Assembly: GCF_963921235.1 (NCBI RefSeq)
Contig: NC_086097.1
Span: forward strand, 118,174,001 to 118,238,000
Source of the DNA: Mobula hypostoma
Taxonomy: Eukaryota
DNA: 64,000 nucleotides
Direction: 5' to 3'
In this document: positions 11,346 to 23,183 of the stretch, piece after piece
Layout of the letters: every line of letters begins with the position of its first letter
Numbering within the stretch: position 1 is the first letter of the stretch
The notes under the pieces: generated by a model
What the model saw: the letters and a program-made list of their open reading frames with translations, nothing else
Told to the model about the DNA's origin: nothing
Databases searched by the model: none
Made by a program: the position numbers and the translations under genes

Positions 11346-12464
11346 TTTTGTATTTGGACAGTTTGTTTTCTTTTACACACTGGTTGCTGCAGCCCTTCAA
11401 TGATTCTATTATGGTTATTGGTTTTACTTAGTACACTCCCAAGAAAATGAATGTCAGGGTTGTATATGGTGTCATATATGTACTTTGATATTAGATTTAC
11501 TTTGGAACTTTGAACTTTAGAAGATAGAATTTTACGAACTGATGCAGGAAGCACTGTACATCTGCTGAGCCCTTTTTGTTAATAAAGGAGATATGGTTCT
11601 CCCAAATGATTCTCCTGTAAAATAATGATGTCCAGGAATCTGCATGTTGAGATGATGCTAAGTGCAGAGTTATTGATGAAGAGTGGGTGTAGTGGAGACA
11701 CATTTCTCCTGAAGTCAATATGCATCTCTATGGTTTTGAAGTCATTCAGCTCCAAGTGCCTGGTGGTACTTGGATTGTTGCCACTGGTGATTTGTCACCA
11801 GATGGTGACAGTGTAATATTTACAAGAATATTAGCAAGAGTGAGACTAGAATACAAGATAAATTACTGGAGTTGGCTGGAAAACTGGCAGAGCAACACAA
11901 AATAAAAAGAAAGATAAAATTGGCAGGTACCTCCTTATCAGAATGTGATATTACTCAAGGTGCTAGTATATTGGTCTCTGTTATACCCTGTATTTGTAAC
12001 AATCATACATCAAAAAGTCTTATCATAGTTTTCCAATGATTCACAGATAGTTTGGACAATGTACAGTGTAAATGAAAGCATTGAATAATAAAGGAATATC
12101 AATGGATTAAGGGAATGAGTGAAACTCTTGCAAGTAGATTTCAAGACAGGTAAATAAGAAGTTATTCACTTTTGAACGATAAAGAATTGAGTATTTAACA
12201 TAGTATTTTCTCAATGATGGAAAGCGATAAAGAGTGAAAGTCCAAAGGTACTCCTGGGTCTTTGTTCATCAGTCATTAAAGTGCCAGGCACACCCACACA
12301 AAATAAAGTGTAGGCACAAAATTAACAGAAAATCCAATATTCTTTACAAAGAGATTGAATTTATGCAATGACTAATGGACAGCATATCTTGACCTTAATA
12401 GTGGTACAGTGCAGATTTACTAGGTTGATACATAGTCTTTCAAAATAGAGTTCCTTGAAGAATT

Positions 12465-12735
12465 TATTTATTTATTGACATAGAGCACGGAAAAGGCCTT
12501 TCCAGCTCTTCGAGCCTTGCTGTCCAGCAATCCCTGATTTAATCCTAGTCTAATCATGAGACAATGTACAATGACCAACCGGTACGTCTTTGGACTGTGT
12601 GAAGAAACCAAGAGTGCCCAGAAGAAACCCATATGGTCACAGGGAGAACATACAAACTCCTTACCGGCAGCAGTGGGAATTGAACCCCACTTGCCCGGAC
12701 TGTAAAGCATTGTGCTATCCACTATGCTACTATAC
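12465..12735 (-). mobile_element. tRNA-derived V-SINE (HE1-like)
   Basis: Minus strand B box GGGTTCAATTCC and V-domain-like GAGTTTGTATGTTCTCCCTGTGACC..GGGTTTCTTCTGGGCACT. Related copies at about 14105-14195, 22450-22600, 40260-40540 and 42965-43230. Confidence 0.8.
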
Positions 12736-13057
12736 CATACTAAATTATATTCTCTAGCTCAAGAGTCAAAGCTGATCAACAAGATCGAAGAAATTGAGCT
12801 AGGCCTTCCAGAAGTAAAGTTTGGAAACCATAAAATTGTTTTGTTTGCATTAAATCTGACATTGATATAATTTTTACAGGCACTGAAGTTAAAGGATATG
12901 CAATGTTATGTATATTGATTTCAGTCACCAAATTGCTATTTTATCTTTGGAATGACTGACTTGAGCAAGAGCTAAAACTCCAATTTAAGATTAGTTAATT
13001 GATCTAATGCTCTTGAGGAGAAGAAACGTACTGGTTATGTTACAAGGAGATGGAGCT

Positions 13058-13820
13058 TAGTAGGGTTAATGGCACCTAACGGTGACTCCTTTGCTTGCAC
13101 CTTTGAAAGATTTCCATCTTTAATATCTCTATTTTTCCCTTTCAGGGTTCTTTTGAAGTTACACGCTAACTATGGTTCTTTGTGGGAATGGGACCTGCTC
13201 TCGGGGTTTCATATTGGCCGTTATTCAGCTCGCCTTTGGAGGGCTGAGATCTCATGGCTCTGGAGACGGGCGTACCGAAGGTCGGTTTCACAGCAGGAGA
13301 TCGGTGTGTCATCGTGGGAGTCAGAAGATCTAAGGCTATATGCCCAGAGACCTGAGACCTTTAGGCACAGAGCTAGGAAAAAGCAACACAATGGACTTTT
13401 AACATTATAAACAAGCAAGCTGTTTGTTACGTCTCCCCTCTCACTGTGAAATGGAGATATCTCTTTCTCCATTATTCGGGAGAGAGAGAGTTTGTGGTAT
13501 GTCGAATGCCAGGTGAAAAATGTGGTCTTTGGAGTACTGCAAGTCTGTGTCTTTGCTGTTGCCTTGCTCACGCTTGAGTGCTCGATGGCGGGTGCTGATG
13601 CTTTTTTTTGCCGGTGATGATGGGAAGGGGGATTGTTGTTTGCTGCTGCTTCCATGCGGGAGGGAGGGGAGCTGGGGGGGGACTTTGGAGTTTTAACATT
13701 TAACTGTTGCTCATTCCTTGGGGGCACTCCTCTGTTTTTCGTGGATGGTTGCAAAGAAAACGCACTCAGGATGTATATTGTATAAATTTCTCTGACATTA
13801 AATGTACCTTTGAAACCTTT
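13058..13820 (+). mobile_element. Non-autonomous retroelement with a LINE-type 3' tail (family unresolved)
   Basis: GC-richer body ending in CATTAAATGTACCTTTGAAACCTTT, a tail style shared with other repeats here. Confidence 0.45.
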
Positions 13821-14929
13821 GGATTTATATTTGTATAGAGAGAAGAGTTTGGCCCACAGTTTTATCAGTACTGATGCATCTTCTGCAGAATGCCTCACGT
13901 TCATTAGTCAGATTGCCATGTTTTGATCCAGTTTAGGGTTTTGCATACTTTACATAATAGCCCCAAACTAGGGATGTTTATTCTTATATCAGAGATGAAG
14001 TGCTCATTTTGGATTGTGCAGTCATTGCATGCTTTCCACCAAATTGCTGCACTCTCCTCTCTACAACTAAGCAGCCATGATTCACTGAAAAGAATTGTGT
14101 TTTAGGGCAGCATGGTAATGTACAGATTAGTGCAATCACTTTACAATGCCAGGAATCACCGATTGGGGTGTGATTCCCACTGCTGTCTGCATGACTTCTA
14201 AGGGTACCATCATACTAGGGAGGTTATACTATATCCATCTACTCTTCAAGGACTAGCTTACACCCCTGTCTAGTCTCTGCAATAAGGTTTAATGCCAATA
14301 TCCACTGTTTGAGTGGTGCCCCCCCCCCCACCACCAAGGAAGAGGCACTTCCAGCTCACAAAGTAGCTTAAACACAGTTATGTTGTTTTTAATTATATAC
14401 ATTTAAAATAACACACATTGAACACTTACAAAGGATTTTTAATTTAAGATTTCCAAATTACAAAAGATTTACAATCTACAAATGGTTTCCAAACACAGGT
14501 ACATGGGTACATCTCTTACAAACTAGAAGAACATAGCATCAATTACAAATGAATGAGACGCTTGTCGCAGAAACCGAGGAATGAATTCTACTTCTTCTTT
14601 CTGTCGCCCCATCTTTCTGTCATTCTCCTTGTTTTTTCTAGCAATCCCTCTGTCTATCAGAAGATAGTCATATTATTTTTTCTAGATAGCATCTTCTGTG
14701 TGTGATGCTTTCCAGTTACTTTTTCTGGACAAAGTTACTCACACAGATGACCTTAAAAGCTTCTGTGGATCAAAGGGTGGATATACAATTTTCACACAGA
14801 AAGTACAGGAGATAGCTATTGAAGCTAGGTCATTGGATCTTTGAACCATTGGCTCTACCAGATGCACCATTATATTGCCAAACTGTGTCACAGTTGAAAA
14901 GTAAGTATTTTTTCAGATATAGTAATCCC

Positions 14930-15170
14930 TTAGCAGGTGGTGGATGGTCATATGAGCAGCAGGTGCCTATCACAAATCCTGGTTATGCATTGATGCCAGG
15001 CAGACAATCTCTGATGAGTATTGACAATGGCTGGGATCACCCATCTTGTAAAGACAATGCCCAGAAGAAGGCAATTGTAAACCACTTCTGTAGAAAAATT
15101 TGCCAAGACCAGTCATGGTCATGAGAGTATGATCATTTGCATCATATGACACGGCGCATAATTATGATGC
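14930..15170 (+). mobile_element. SINE fragment with an RTE-like segment
   Basis: GAAGAAGGCAATTGTAAACCACTTC..GCCAAGA resembles RTE/Bov-A-type sequence; ATG-repeat tail. Confidence 0.5.
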
Positions 15171-16746
15171 TGAGTAATCCCATATCTCTCAGATATTCAT
15201 TATGAATGCAAGTTTCTGCCTCTGTCATATTACTGTGAGAGTTGTCTATTAAAGCTGACAATCTTCTTTACAGCGATAAAAGGAACTACCTATCCTGATC
15301 CTTCTCAACCTGCCTGCAGCCTGTGATATGGTTTCCTACTTCTGTCCTGCAACATCTGTACACTGTTTCCAGAGTAACACATAAAATATTGAAGGACGCC
15401 CAGTTTGTGTAGGATAGACTCATCTGGTTCTATACATGTTGAAAATCAGCAACTTTGTAATTAAAACAGAAAGCACTGAAAAGACTGTGCAGCTAAGGCA
15501 GAAGCAAAGTTAACAATCTAGGTCAAAGGCTAATGTCAGATCTTTTCTTAACTAACTAGTTGTAGCCAGATGATATCCTGTAATGGCTTTAGTTCTTACT
15601 CATACACCATTTTCCATTACCTCTGGCAATCCACAGAGTCTTATGTAGCTCCTGTTTATTTCATTACTGCAAACTTCCTACTCGCTGATAGGCTCTACAA
15701 TTCTGTTTTAGTTTCTAAGGCCCACTCTATCACACCAACTTTCTTACTGTCTCCAAGTGGTCAGACTACTTACCTAACATCATCTGGTAATGGATGGCAG
15801 AACTTTCTACAAAACGTTGGGAAGACCAATGTCAATCTTTTAGTTCTCTGCCACATGTCTCTTTTATCTCTTGACTCTCTCCATCACCTTGACCATCGCA
15901 CAAATCTTTTGCAGAACTATTCACTGAATTGTTGTCATTTTTGATTTGGAGATGATCTTTCTATCATATAGCTCCCTGATTATTATTTCCAGCACTCTGA
16001 CACTATTAGATTCCTTTTATTTCCAGTGAATGTGATGTCGAAAACTTTCACCTGGTCTTTAGTCACTATTGACCTGACCCCTTGTGATCATCTGTTCTTT
16101 TTTGTATGTTCAGTAACCTTAATCCTATCTGCCACTTTGCTGCCCAAACACACCACCCTACTCAAATGTTTTCTGTGCTTTCTGACCAGATCTGGTTCCT
16201 AGATAAACAACTCCCTTATGTTATCCATCTTATTCTTGCTTTGAAATCATTTCACTGTCCTCTTCCTGCCCCTATGATTTCTTCTTGGCCCCCAGACACT
16301 GGCAATATTATCCTTCTGCATTTCTGACTTCGTGGATGTCCCTAAATTTACTGTTTTATATTTATATTTACGCGAATTTAGTAAATCACTAAATTTGAAG
16401 CAGTGTTTTTAACTTCCAAAGACAAACATCCTAAACCTCTCTCTGTCTTTCTCTCTCCTTCTTCTAAGTCACTTCTTAAAACATTGAACAAGAATTTGTC
16501 ATCTGTCCAAGTATTTCCCAATGCCTTCTGGTAATGGTTTATATCTGTTACTCCTTCTGTAAGTAACTTGGGGATGTTTCTGTCGTGAGTCCTGTGCCCT
16601 CTGTGGCTTCCCACAGAGCTTTGCGCTTCTAGGGTTCTTGAGCACCTGTATTTGCGAATCATTATCTAAACTAGATCTGTTAAGCCCCATACATCAAAGT
16701 TGCTGGTGAACGCAGCAGGCCAAGCAGCATCTGTAGGAAGAGGTGC

Positions 16747-16800
16747 AGTCGACGTTTCAGGCTGAGACCCTTCGTCAGGACGAGACTCTTCGTCAGGACT
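16747..16800 (-). ncRNA. Minimal type I hammerhead ribozyme with a duplicated 5' core
   Basis: Minus strand agtc-CTGACGA-agagtctc-gtc-CTGACGA-agggtctcagcct-GAAAC-GTC-gact. Confidence 0.75.
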
Positions 16801-17069
16801 AACTGAAGGAAGAGTGAGTAAGGGATTTGAAAGTTGGAGGGGGAGGGGGAGATCCAAAATGGTAGGAGAAGACAGGAGGGGGAGGGATAGAGCCGAGAGC
16901 TGGACAGGTGATAGGCAAAAGGGGATACGAGAGGATCATGGGACAGGAGGTCCGGGAAGAAAGACAAGGGGGGGGGTGACCCAGAGGATGGGCAAGAGGT
17001 ATATTCAGAGGGACAGAGGGAGAAAAAGGAGAGTGAGAGAAAGAATGTGTGCATAAAAATGAGTAACAG

Positions 17070-17981
17070 ATGGGGTACAAGGGGGAGGTGGGGCCTCTCA
17101 CAGCTGACTCTCACAGCTATCTGGACTATTCCTCTTCTCACCCTGTCTCTTGCAAAAACGCCATCCCCTTCTCGCAATTCCTCCGTCTCCGCCGCATCTG
17201 CTCTCAGGATGAGGCTTTTCATTCTAGGACGAGGGAGATGTCTTCCTTTTTTAAAGAACGGGGCTTCCCTTCCTCCACTATCAACTCTGCTCTTAAACGC
17301 ATCTCCCCCATTTCATGTACATCTGCTCTCACTCCATCCTCCCACCACCCCACTAGAAATAGGGTTCCCCTGGTCCTCACCTACCACCCCACCAGCCTCC
17401 GGGTCCAACATATTATTCTCCATAACTTCCGCCACCTCCAACGGGATCCCACCACTAAGCACATCTTTCCCTCCCCCCGTCTCTCTGCATTCCGCAGGGA
17501 TCGCTCCCTACACAACTCCCTTGTCCATTCGTCCCCCCCATCCCTCCCCACTGATCTCCCTCCTGGCACTTATCCGTGTAAGCAGAACAAGTGCTACACA
17601 TGCCCTTACACTTCCTCCCTTACCACCATTCAGGGCCCCAAACAGTCCTTCCAGGTGAGGCATCACTTCACCTGTGAGTCGGCTGGGGTGATATACTGCG
17701 TCCGGTGCTCCCGATGTGGCCGTTTATATATTGGCGAGACCCGACGCAGACTGGGAGACCGCTTCGCTGAACATCTACGCTCTGTCCGCCAGAGAAAGCA
17801 GGATCTCCCAATGGCCACACATTTTTATTCCACATCCCATTCCCATTCTGACATGTCTATCCACGGCCTCCTCTACTGTAAAGATGAAGCCACACTCAGG
17901 TTGGAGGAACAACACGTTATATTCCGTCTGGGTAGCCTCCAACCTGATGGCATGAACATCGACTTCTCTAACTTCCGCTAA
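17070..17981 (+). CDS. Penelope-like C-terminal protein: RT thumb/linker plus GIY-YIG endonuclease
   Basis: DSHSYLDYSSSHP..KNAIPFSQFLRLRRICS; CxxxxCxxC linker; GVIYCVRCSRCGRLYIGETRRRLGDRFAEH; E..LGSLQPDGMN. Frame uninterrupted. Confidence 0.9.
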   Translation: MGYKGEVGPLTADSHSYLDYSSSHPVSCKNAIPFSQFLRLRRICSQDEAFHSRTREMSSFFKERGFPSSTINSALKRISPISCTSALTPSSHHPTRNRVPLVLTYHPTSLRVQHIILHNFRHLQRDPTTKHIFPSPRLSAFRRDRSLHNSLVHSSPPSLPTDLPPGTYPCKQNKCYTCPYTSSLTTIQGPKQSFQVRHHFTCESAGVIYCVRCSRCGRLYIGETRRRLGDRFAEHLRSVRQRKQDLPMATHFYSTSHSHSDMSIHGLLYCKDEATLRLEEQHVIFRLGSLQPDGMNIDFSNFR

Positions 17982-18277
17982 GGCCCCACCTCCCCCTCGT
18001 ACCCCATCTGTTACTCATTTTTATGCACACATTCTTTCTCTCACTCTCCTTTTTCTCCCTCTGTCCCTCTGAATATACCTCTTGCCCATCCTCTGGGTCA
18101 CCCCTCCCTCCTTGTCTTTCTTCCTGGACCTCCTGTCCCATGATCCTCTTGTATCCCCTTTGCCTATCACCTGTCCAGCTCTTGGCTCTATCCCTCCCCC
18201 TCCTGTCTTCTCCTATCATTTTGGATCTCCCCCTCCCCCTCCAACTTTCAAATCCCTTACTCACTCTTCCTTCAGTT

Positions 18278-18313
18278 AGTCCTGACAAAGGGTCTCGGCC
18301 TGAAACGTCGACT
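18278..18313 (+). ncRNA. Hammerhead ribozyme motif with core mutation (CTGACAA, G8>A)
   Basis: agtc-CTGACAA-agggtctcggcct-GAAAC-GTC-gact. Confidence 0.65.
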
Positions 18314-20672
18314 GTACCTCTTCCTACAGATGCTGCTTGGCCTGCTGCGTTCACCAGCAACTTTGATGTATGTTGCTTGAATTTCCAGCATTTGCAGAAT
18401 TCCTGTTGTTTCTGTTAAGCCCTCATGCTTTCAGTTCAATCTTGTCAAGTTAATTGTCACTGGCAAGTTATCCCTACAGTCTATGATTAGTTAGAGGACT
18501 CTCGTCTAGTACCTTAGCAGAATCGCTGTGTTCGGGAGAATGAATTGTCTCATGGTGCCACTTCCGAGCCTCTGTTGGTATTCCTATGTCCAACTTTTTA
18601 TTTCCGTCTCCTCATGGCAATTCTGACATTCCTCAGCTCCTGGGCTGAGCTGTGAGTTTGCTATCCGCAGCTTCTGGGTTGAGTCTGTGCCAGTGACCAC
18701 CACGACAGAGAAAGCCTGCCATTACTCCACATTTAGGTGCAGTCCTTTGAGAATGTACCATGATAGTTTCAATATCTTAAAATTGGTGTTTGAATAGTTG
18801 CTGAATATTGAATCCATACATACTGTAATAAAATCCATCATAAAATATTTCTACAGAAGAATTGATCAAAGGTGGATTTTGTTTAAAAAACATTTTTTTT
18901 TACCAGTTCAATACATTCTAGTGGAAAGCATTATGTTATAAAGTGGTGCATTTATTTTAGGTATCTGTTCTACCACATCATTGAACTGTTTAGGATATTA
19001 TTAGGCTAAGTCTTATTCTTTACAATGTACTCTGCTTATCCATCAGTTTTAATTGTTTTGCATTACTACTCATTGTGTAGATCACAACTTTTTTATGCCA
19101 TGGACCAATGCCAAGGGGTCCATGGATGCCAGATTAGGAAATTTTGAGTCTAGCAGATACATTATAGGTAGGTACGGTATAAGCAGCTGAATACAGTGCT
19201 TCCTAAATATTCCAACTCATAAATGGCTAACTTCAATCTGTTGACTGAAAGTCAGGATAAAAATATTGCCTGGCTAGCGCTGTTTGCTGGCACTTTACAT
19301 CTCTGCATTTCAGAGCTCCTCAACCACTAGGTCAACACCTTCAACTGTCTTGAGATAACCAATGTATTAATACCTCCTACAAAATCCTACCTTAGCACCT
19401 CACCGTGGCGTAGGAGTGACACTGGCCGAACATCAGCGAAGCACGGTGGAGATTTGTTCTCTGGCAGGTCTAACCTAGCCGTGAAGGTGATGTTCCATTG
19501 GTGTACTACTGGACTAGATCTAGTAGTAGGATCATGGATAGCTCAGTCAAGGAGGTAAGCATGCCTTTGCTTCTTTGTAAGTTATGCCTCTTCAGGCAAA
19601 GGCTGCACCCAGTGAGGACACTGGCAGCAGGGTGTCTGATGGTGTCTGTGGCAGATGAATCCAAAAGGGCCAATGGTACAGCCACCTTGGTGGCATGCGG
19701 AGGAACCAGAGTGCTGGTCAACGGATGGCATCACTAGACTAGTTAGTTGTCACTGTGGGACAGTTCCCTTATCCACTAAGTCTGTTACACTCCTGTGTAC
19801 CACGCAGCATCAGATTTGGAAGCCCAGAGAGACTGTATGGTGGGGGCACGACACCGTCTGTCTTATTACTGTGCAAGGCGTGTTGGAGTAAAAACTCTCA
19901 GCACAGTCAACATCGAAATCAATGGACAACCCAAGAAGAAGAAGAATATTGGGTGTCATTTAGCCAAATCTGAAAGACAATGTCTAAATTCTGCTCATCA
20001 AGATTGTATTCTCAGAATAAAACTAACCTTGCTACTATTGAGCTTCTTGGCACAATCTCTTCCTAATGCTCGTCAACTAATCTATTTTTAAGTACTCAGC
20101 ATTAATGCAGGGAGTCACAGAATACTTTGTGCAGAAAATAAAACAGGTAGAAAGAGAGAAGTTCATCATTACTTAATTCAGAGATACAATTTGACATAGT
20201 AGCTGGTGATAATAAAAGCAATGGTGTAGAATTCAATGCTATTGTGTTCCTTTATTTGGCATTAGATCATAAGAATTGAATATGGTAAATAGGTTATCAT
20301 GTTCCATATGAGTCTGATATGTGGCAATATTGGTATAAAAAATAACTCTGTGTTCAGTCCGCCATAAGCAGAGTGTGTCACATTTGCTCTGAACACTACT
20401 GCAGGAACCTCGTCAAGGTGACATGCAACATTATGGCAAGAAAGATTGAGAGAAATGATGGAGAAATGACATGATCTTGTTGGATATGGGTCTTCACAGA
20501 TGTTGGTTCCCTGTGGACAGGTTGTTTATGATCGTGTCCTGCAAGCTATTAAGATTGAGTCAAATTTCTGAGATCAACAGAATTTGAGGAGAGTACTCCA
20601 AAATCCTCCTCCCACCCGCTCATTAACATAGTCAAATGCTTCAGTAAGGCTAAATCAGGGCCAAATATAGAG

Positions 20673-21525
20673 CAACACACATAAAATGCTGGTGAAAGCA
20701 GCATCTATAGAAAGAGGTACAGTCGATGTTTCGGGCCGAGACCTTTCGTCAGGACTAACTGAAAGAAGAGATAGTAAGAGATTTGAAAACAAGAGGGGGA
20801 GAGGGAGATCCAAAATGATAGGAGAAGACAGGATAGGAAATGATAGGAGAACGCAGGCTCAGAGACCATTTCGCTGAACACCTACTCTCTGTCCGCTAGA
20901 GAAAGCAGGATCTCCCAGTGGCCACACATTTTAATTCCATGTCCCATTCCCATTCTGATATGTCCCTCCAAAGCCTCCTCTACTGTCAAGATGAAGTCAC
21001 ACTCAGGTTGGAGGAACTACACCTTATATTCCGTCTGGGTAGCCTCCAACCTGATGGCATGAACATTGACTTCTCTAGGTTCCGTTATTGCCCTTCCTCC
21101 CCTTCTTACCCCATTCCTTATTTATTTATTAATTTTCTCCCCCCCCCTTTCTTTCTCTCTCTTTTTTCTCCCTCCGTCCCTCTCACTATATCTTCCTCTG
21201 ATGCTCCCCTCCCCTTTCTTTCTCCCTAGGCCTCCCGTCCCATGATCCTCTCCCTTCTCCAGCCTTGTTTCCCTTTTGCCAATCAACTTTCCAGCTCTTA
21301 GCTCCATCACTCCCCCTCCTGTCTTCTCCTATCATTTAGGATCTCCCCCTCCACCTCTGACTTTCAAATCTCTTACTATCTCTTCTTTCAGTTAGTCCTG
21401 ACGAAGGGTCTCGGCCCAAAACGTCGACTGTACCTCTTCCTATAGATGTTGCCTTGCCTGCTGCGTTCACCAGCATTTTATGTGTGTTGCTTGAATTTCC
21501 AGCATCTGCAGATTTCCCCATGTTT
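20673..21525 (+). mobile_element. Short Penelope-like element with inverted 5' segment
   Basis: Inverted arm 20673 to about 20850, GIY-YIG C-terminus (ATHFNS..LGSLQPDGMNIDF), 3' pseudo-LTR; TSD GCCAAATATAGAG (20660-20672) / GCCATATATAGAG (21526-21538). Hammerhead motifs at 20721-20756 (-) and 21394-21429 (+, GAAA>AAAA). Confidence 0.9.
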
Positions 21526-23183
21526 GCCATATATAGAGGTTGATGCTTCATCCACTGTCTATATTGGAGGAACCGCGGGGTGTAGATTATGGCCCTAGAT
21601 GGATAGAATCCACATGAATTCAGTGAGTACCTTTCCAGCTGCTGAGAGCAAGATGTTGAGGAGAACCCTGGTGATGACATCCACTGTGAAAAGCAACAGG
21701 AAGCTACCATAGCTAACATATTACCATGGGACTTATCTACTTTCCTGTGGCTAATCATGATCATAGCATCTTTGACAGCCCCTTCCTACCTGAATTAGAT
21801 GACAAGGTTGTGATTTCAAGACTGAAGCTTTTCACCTGAGTTTTAAAACCTCATTAAGGATGCTGTCTACCTCTGAGTCCTCGTTATTCAATGGAAAGGG
21901 GATGAAGTTGAAACTATGGAAGCTACAACAATTACACTACAGAAGCAAGGGCACATAGATCTCAATATTTCAGTTGTAGAACGCAGATACGAATTGCACA
22001 TGGTCTATTCAGTGGCCAAGCTCCAATTAACTCATTCACTGAAGGATATAAGGGGACACACCTTAGACTTAAGGAAAACCTGTCCCCATTGTTCAACAAT
22101 ACTGATATTCAACACTAAATGCTCACAGGGTGACTCTGGGAAGCATGGGATTCTTCTTTCATCCCAACTTCCAAGAAAAGCAGAAATCAATGTTGAAACT
22201 CACTTCAATGTGCCAGCATAGCTTTTGATCTACTGAGGTAGAGGATCTTCATAGGTTAAGATTTCAAATGTAAAATAAATCTTACGGTCTACCAGGTAGC
22301 AGTGAACTGGGCTATTGACTAAGTTATGTGAAGGACTGCAAGAATACCACCAACACCTTCACTATGAACTCATCTATATTCACTGAAGAGGTCAGAAAAT
22401 CAATGTCAACATCCATGCCAATATCTCTATAAATGATCAACAAACATGGTTGTACGTTCTGTCCATGAGTGAGTGGGATTCCTGCAGGTGCACTGGTTTC
22501 CTCCCATATTAAGATACCGGTTAGTAAGTCAATTCGTCATATGGGTGTAATTGGGTGGTGCAGGCCTGTTGAGCTGGTACTGCACCAAATCTCTAAATAA
22601 AATGTGTAGCGAGTCTCAAGCACAAGCATTCTCAGTGCACAGAAGTTGGGCATTAATGGCAGAAGGAATGCACTACTTCACCTAAGGGGCCTACACTGAT
22701 GGATTCCTCTTGCCCCACTTGTGGTGGTCCAAGTGACACTGCCAGTAACATTAGTAGGACTAAGAATGAGATTTTGCAGAAAACATTTGAGGTAAATAAT
22801 TACAGTCTCTCAAACAATAATCTCTAGATTACCACATAAACCAATCAAAAATTGGAATAGGTTCTAATGTACAAATTTGATTGTGTAAGTGTGGAATTGG
22901 AGACCGATATTTCACATCTTGGCACCAGTCATCAGGAAAGAAGGAAATAGTTTTTAGTGTTTAGTGTTGGTAGGACTTGAATGTAATATTTCCCCAGAAC
23001 AATCCTCAGACTGTGCTGGTTGTTGATGCAAAATGACAGATTGCACTGTATGCTGTGATGTTTTGATATATACGTAGCACATAAAGCGAATTTTATCCCA
23101 AGTATAAGGACAATTACTGAGGTGAGGGCAAGGCACAACATTAGATTCTGAGATCTCTTCTACTGAAGCTTGGAAAAATATTT

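Larger units (their letters stand above)
16688..18410 (+). mobile_element. 5'-truncated Penelope-like element with inverted pseudo-LTR
   Basis: Inverted repeat 16688-17096 / 17981-18372 around a GIY-YIG ORF; 12-bp TSD TCTGTTAAGCCC (16676-16687, 18411-18422). Confidence 0.95.

Noticed and set aside
11119..11431. ORFs with poly-V/I/L/Y runs resembling membrane proteins
   Set aside because: They are translations of a (GTT)n/(ATT)n microsatellite next to a CR1 tail.
15011..15060. CTGATGAG as another hammerhead core
   Set aside because: No stem II plus GAAA..UH follows at a suitable distance.
15750..18720. Possible very old L1-like remnant on the minus strand flanking the Penelope insertion
   Set aside because: Only vague motif resemblance; cannot be supported without a profile search.
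19400..22430. Possible RTE-type LINE remnants around the second Penelope copy
   Set aside because: The (GAA)n tail and base composition are suggestive, but no clear protein motif could be read.
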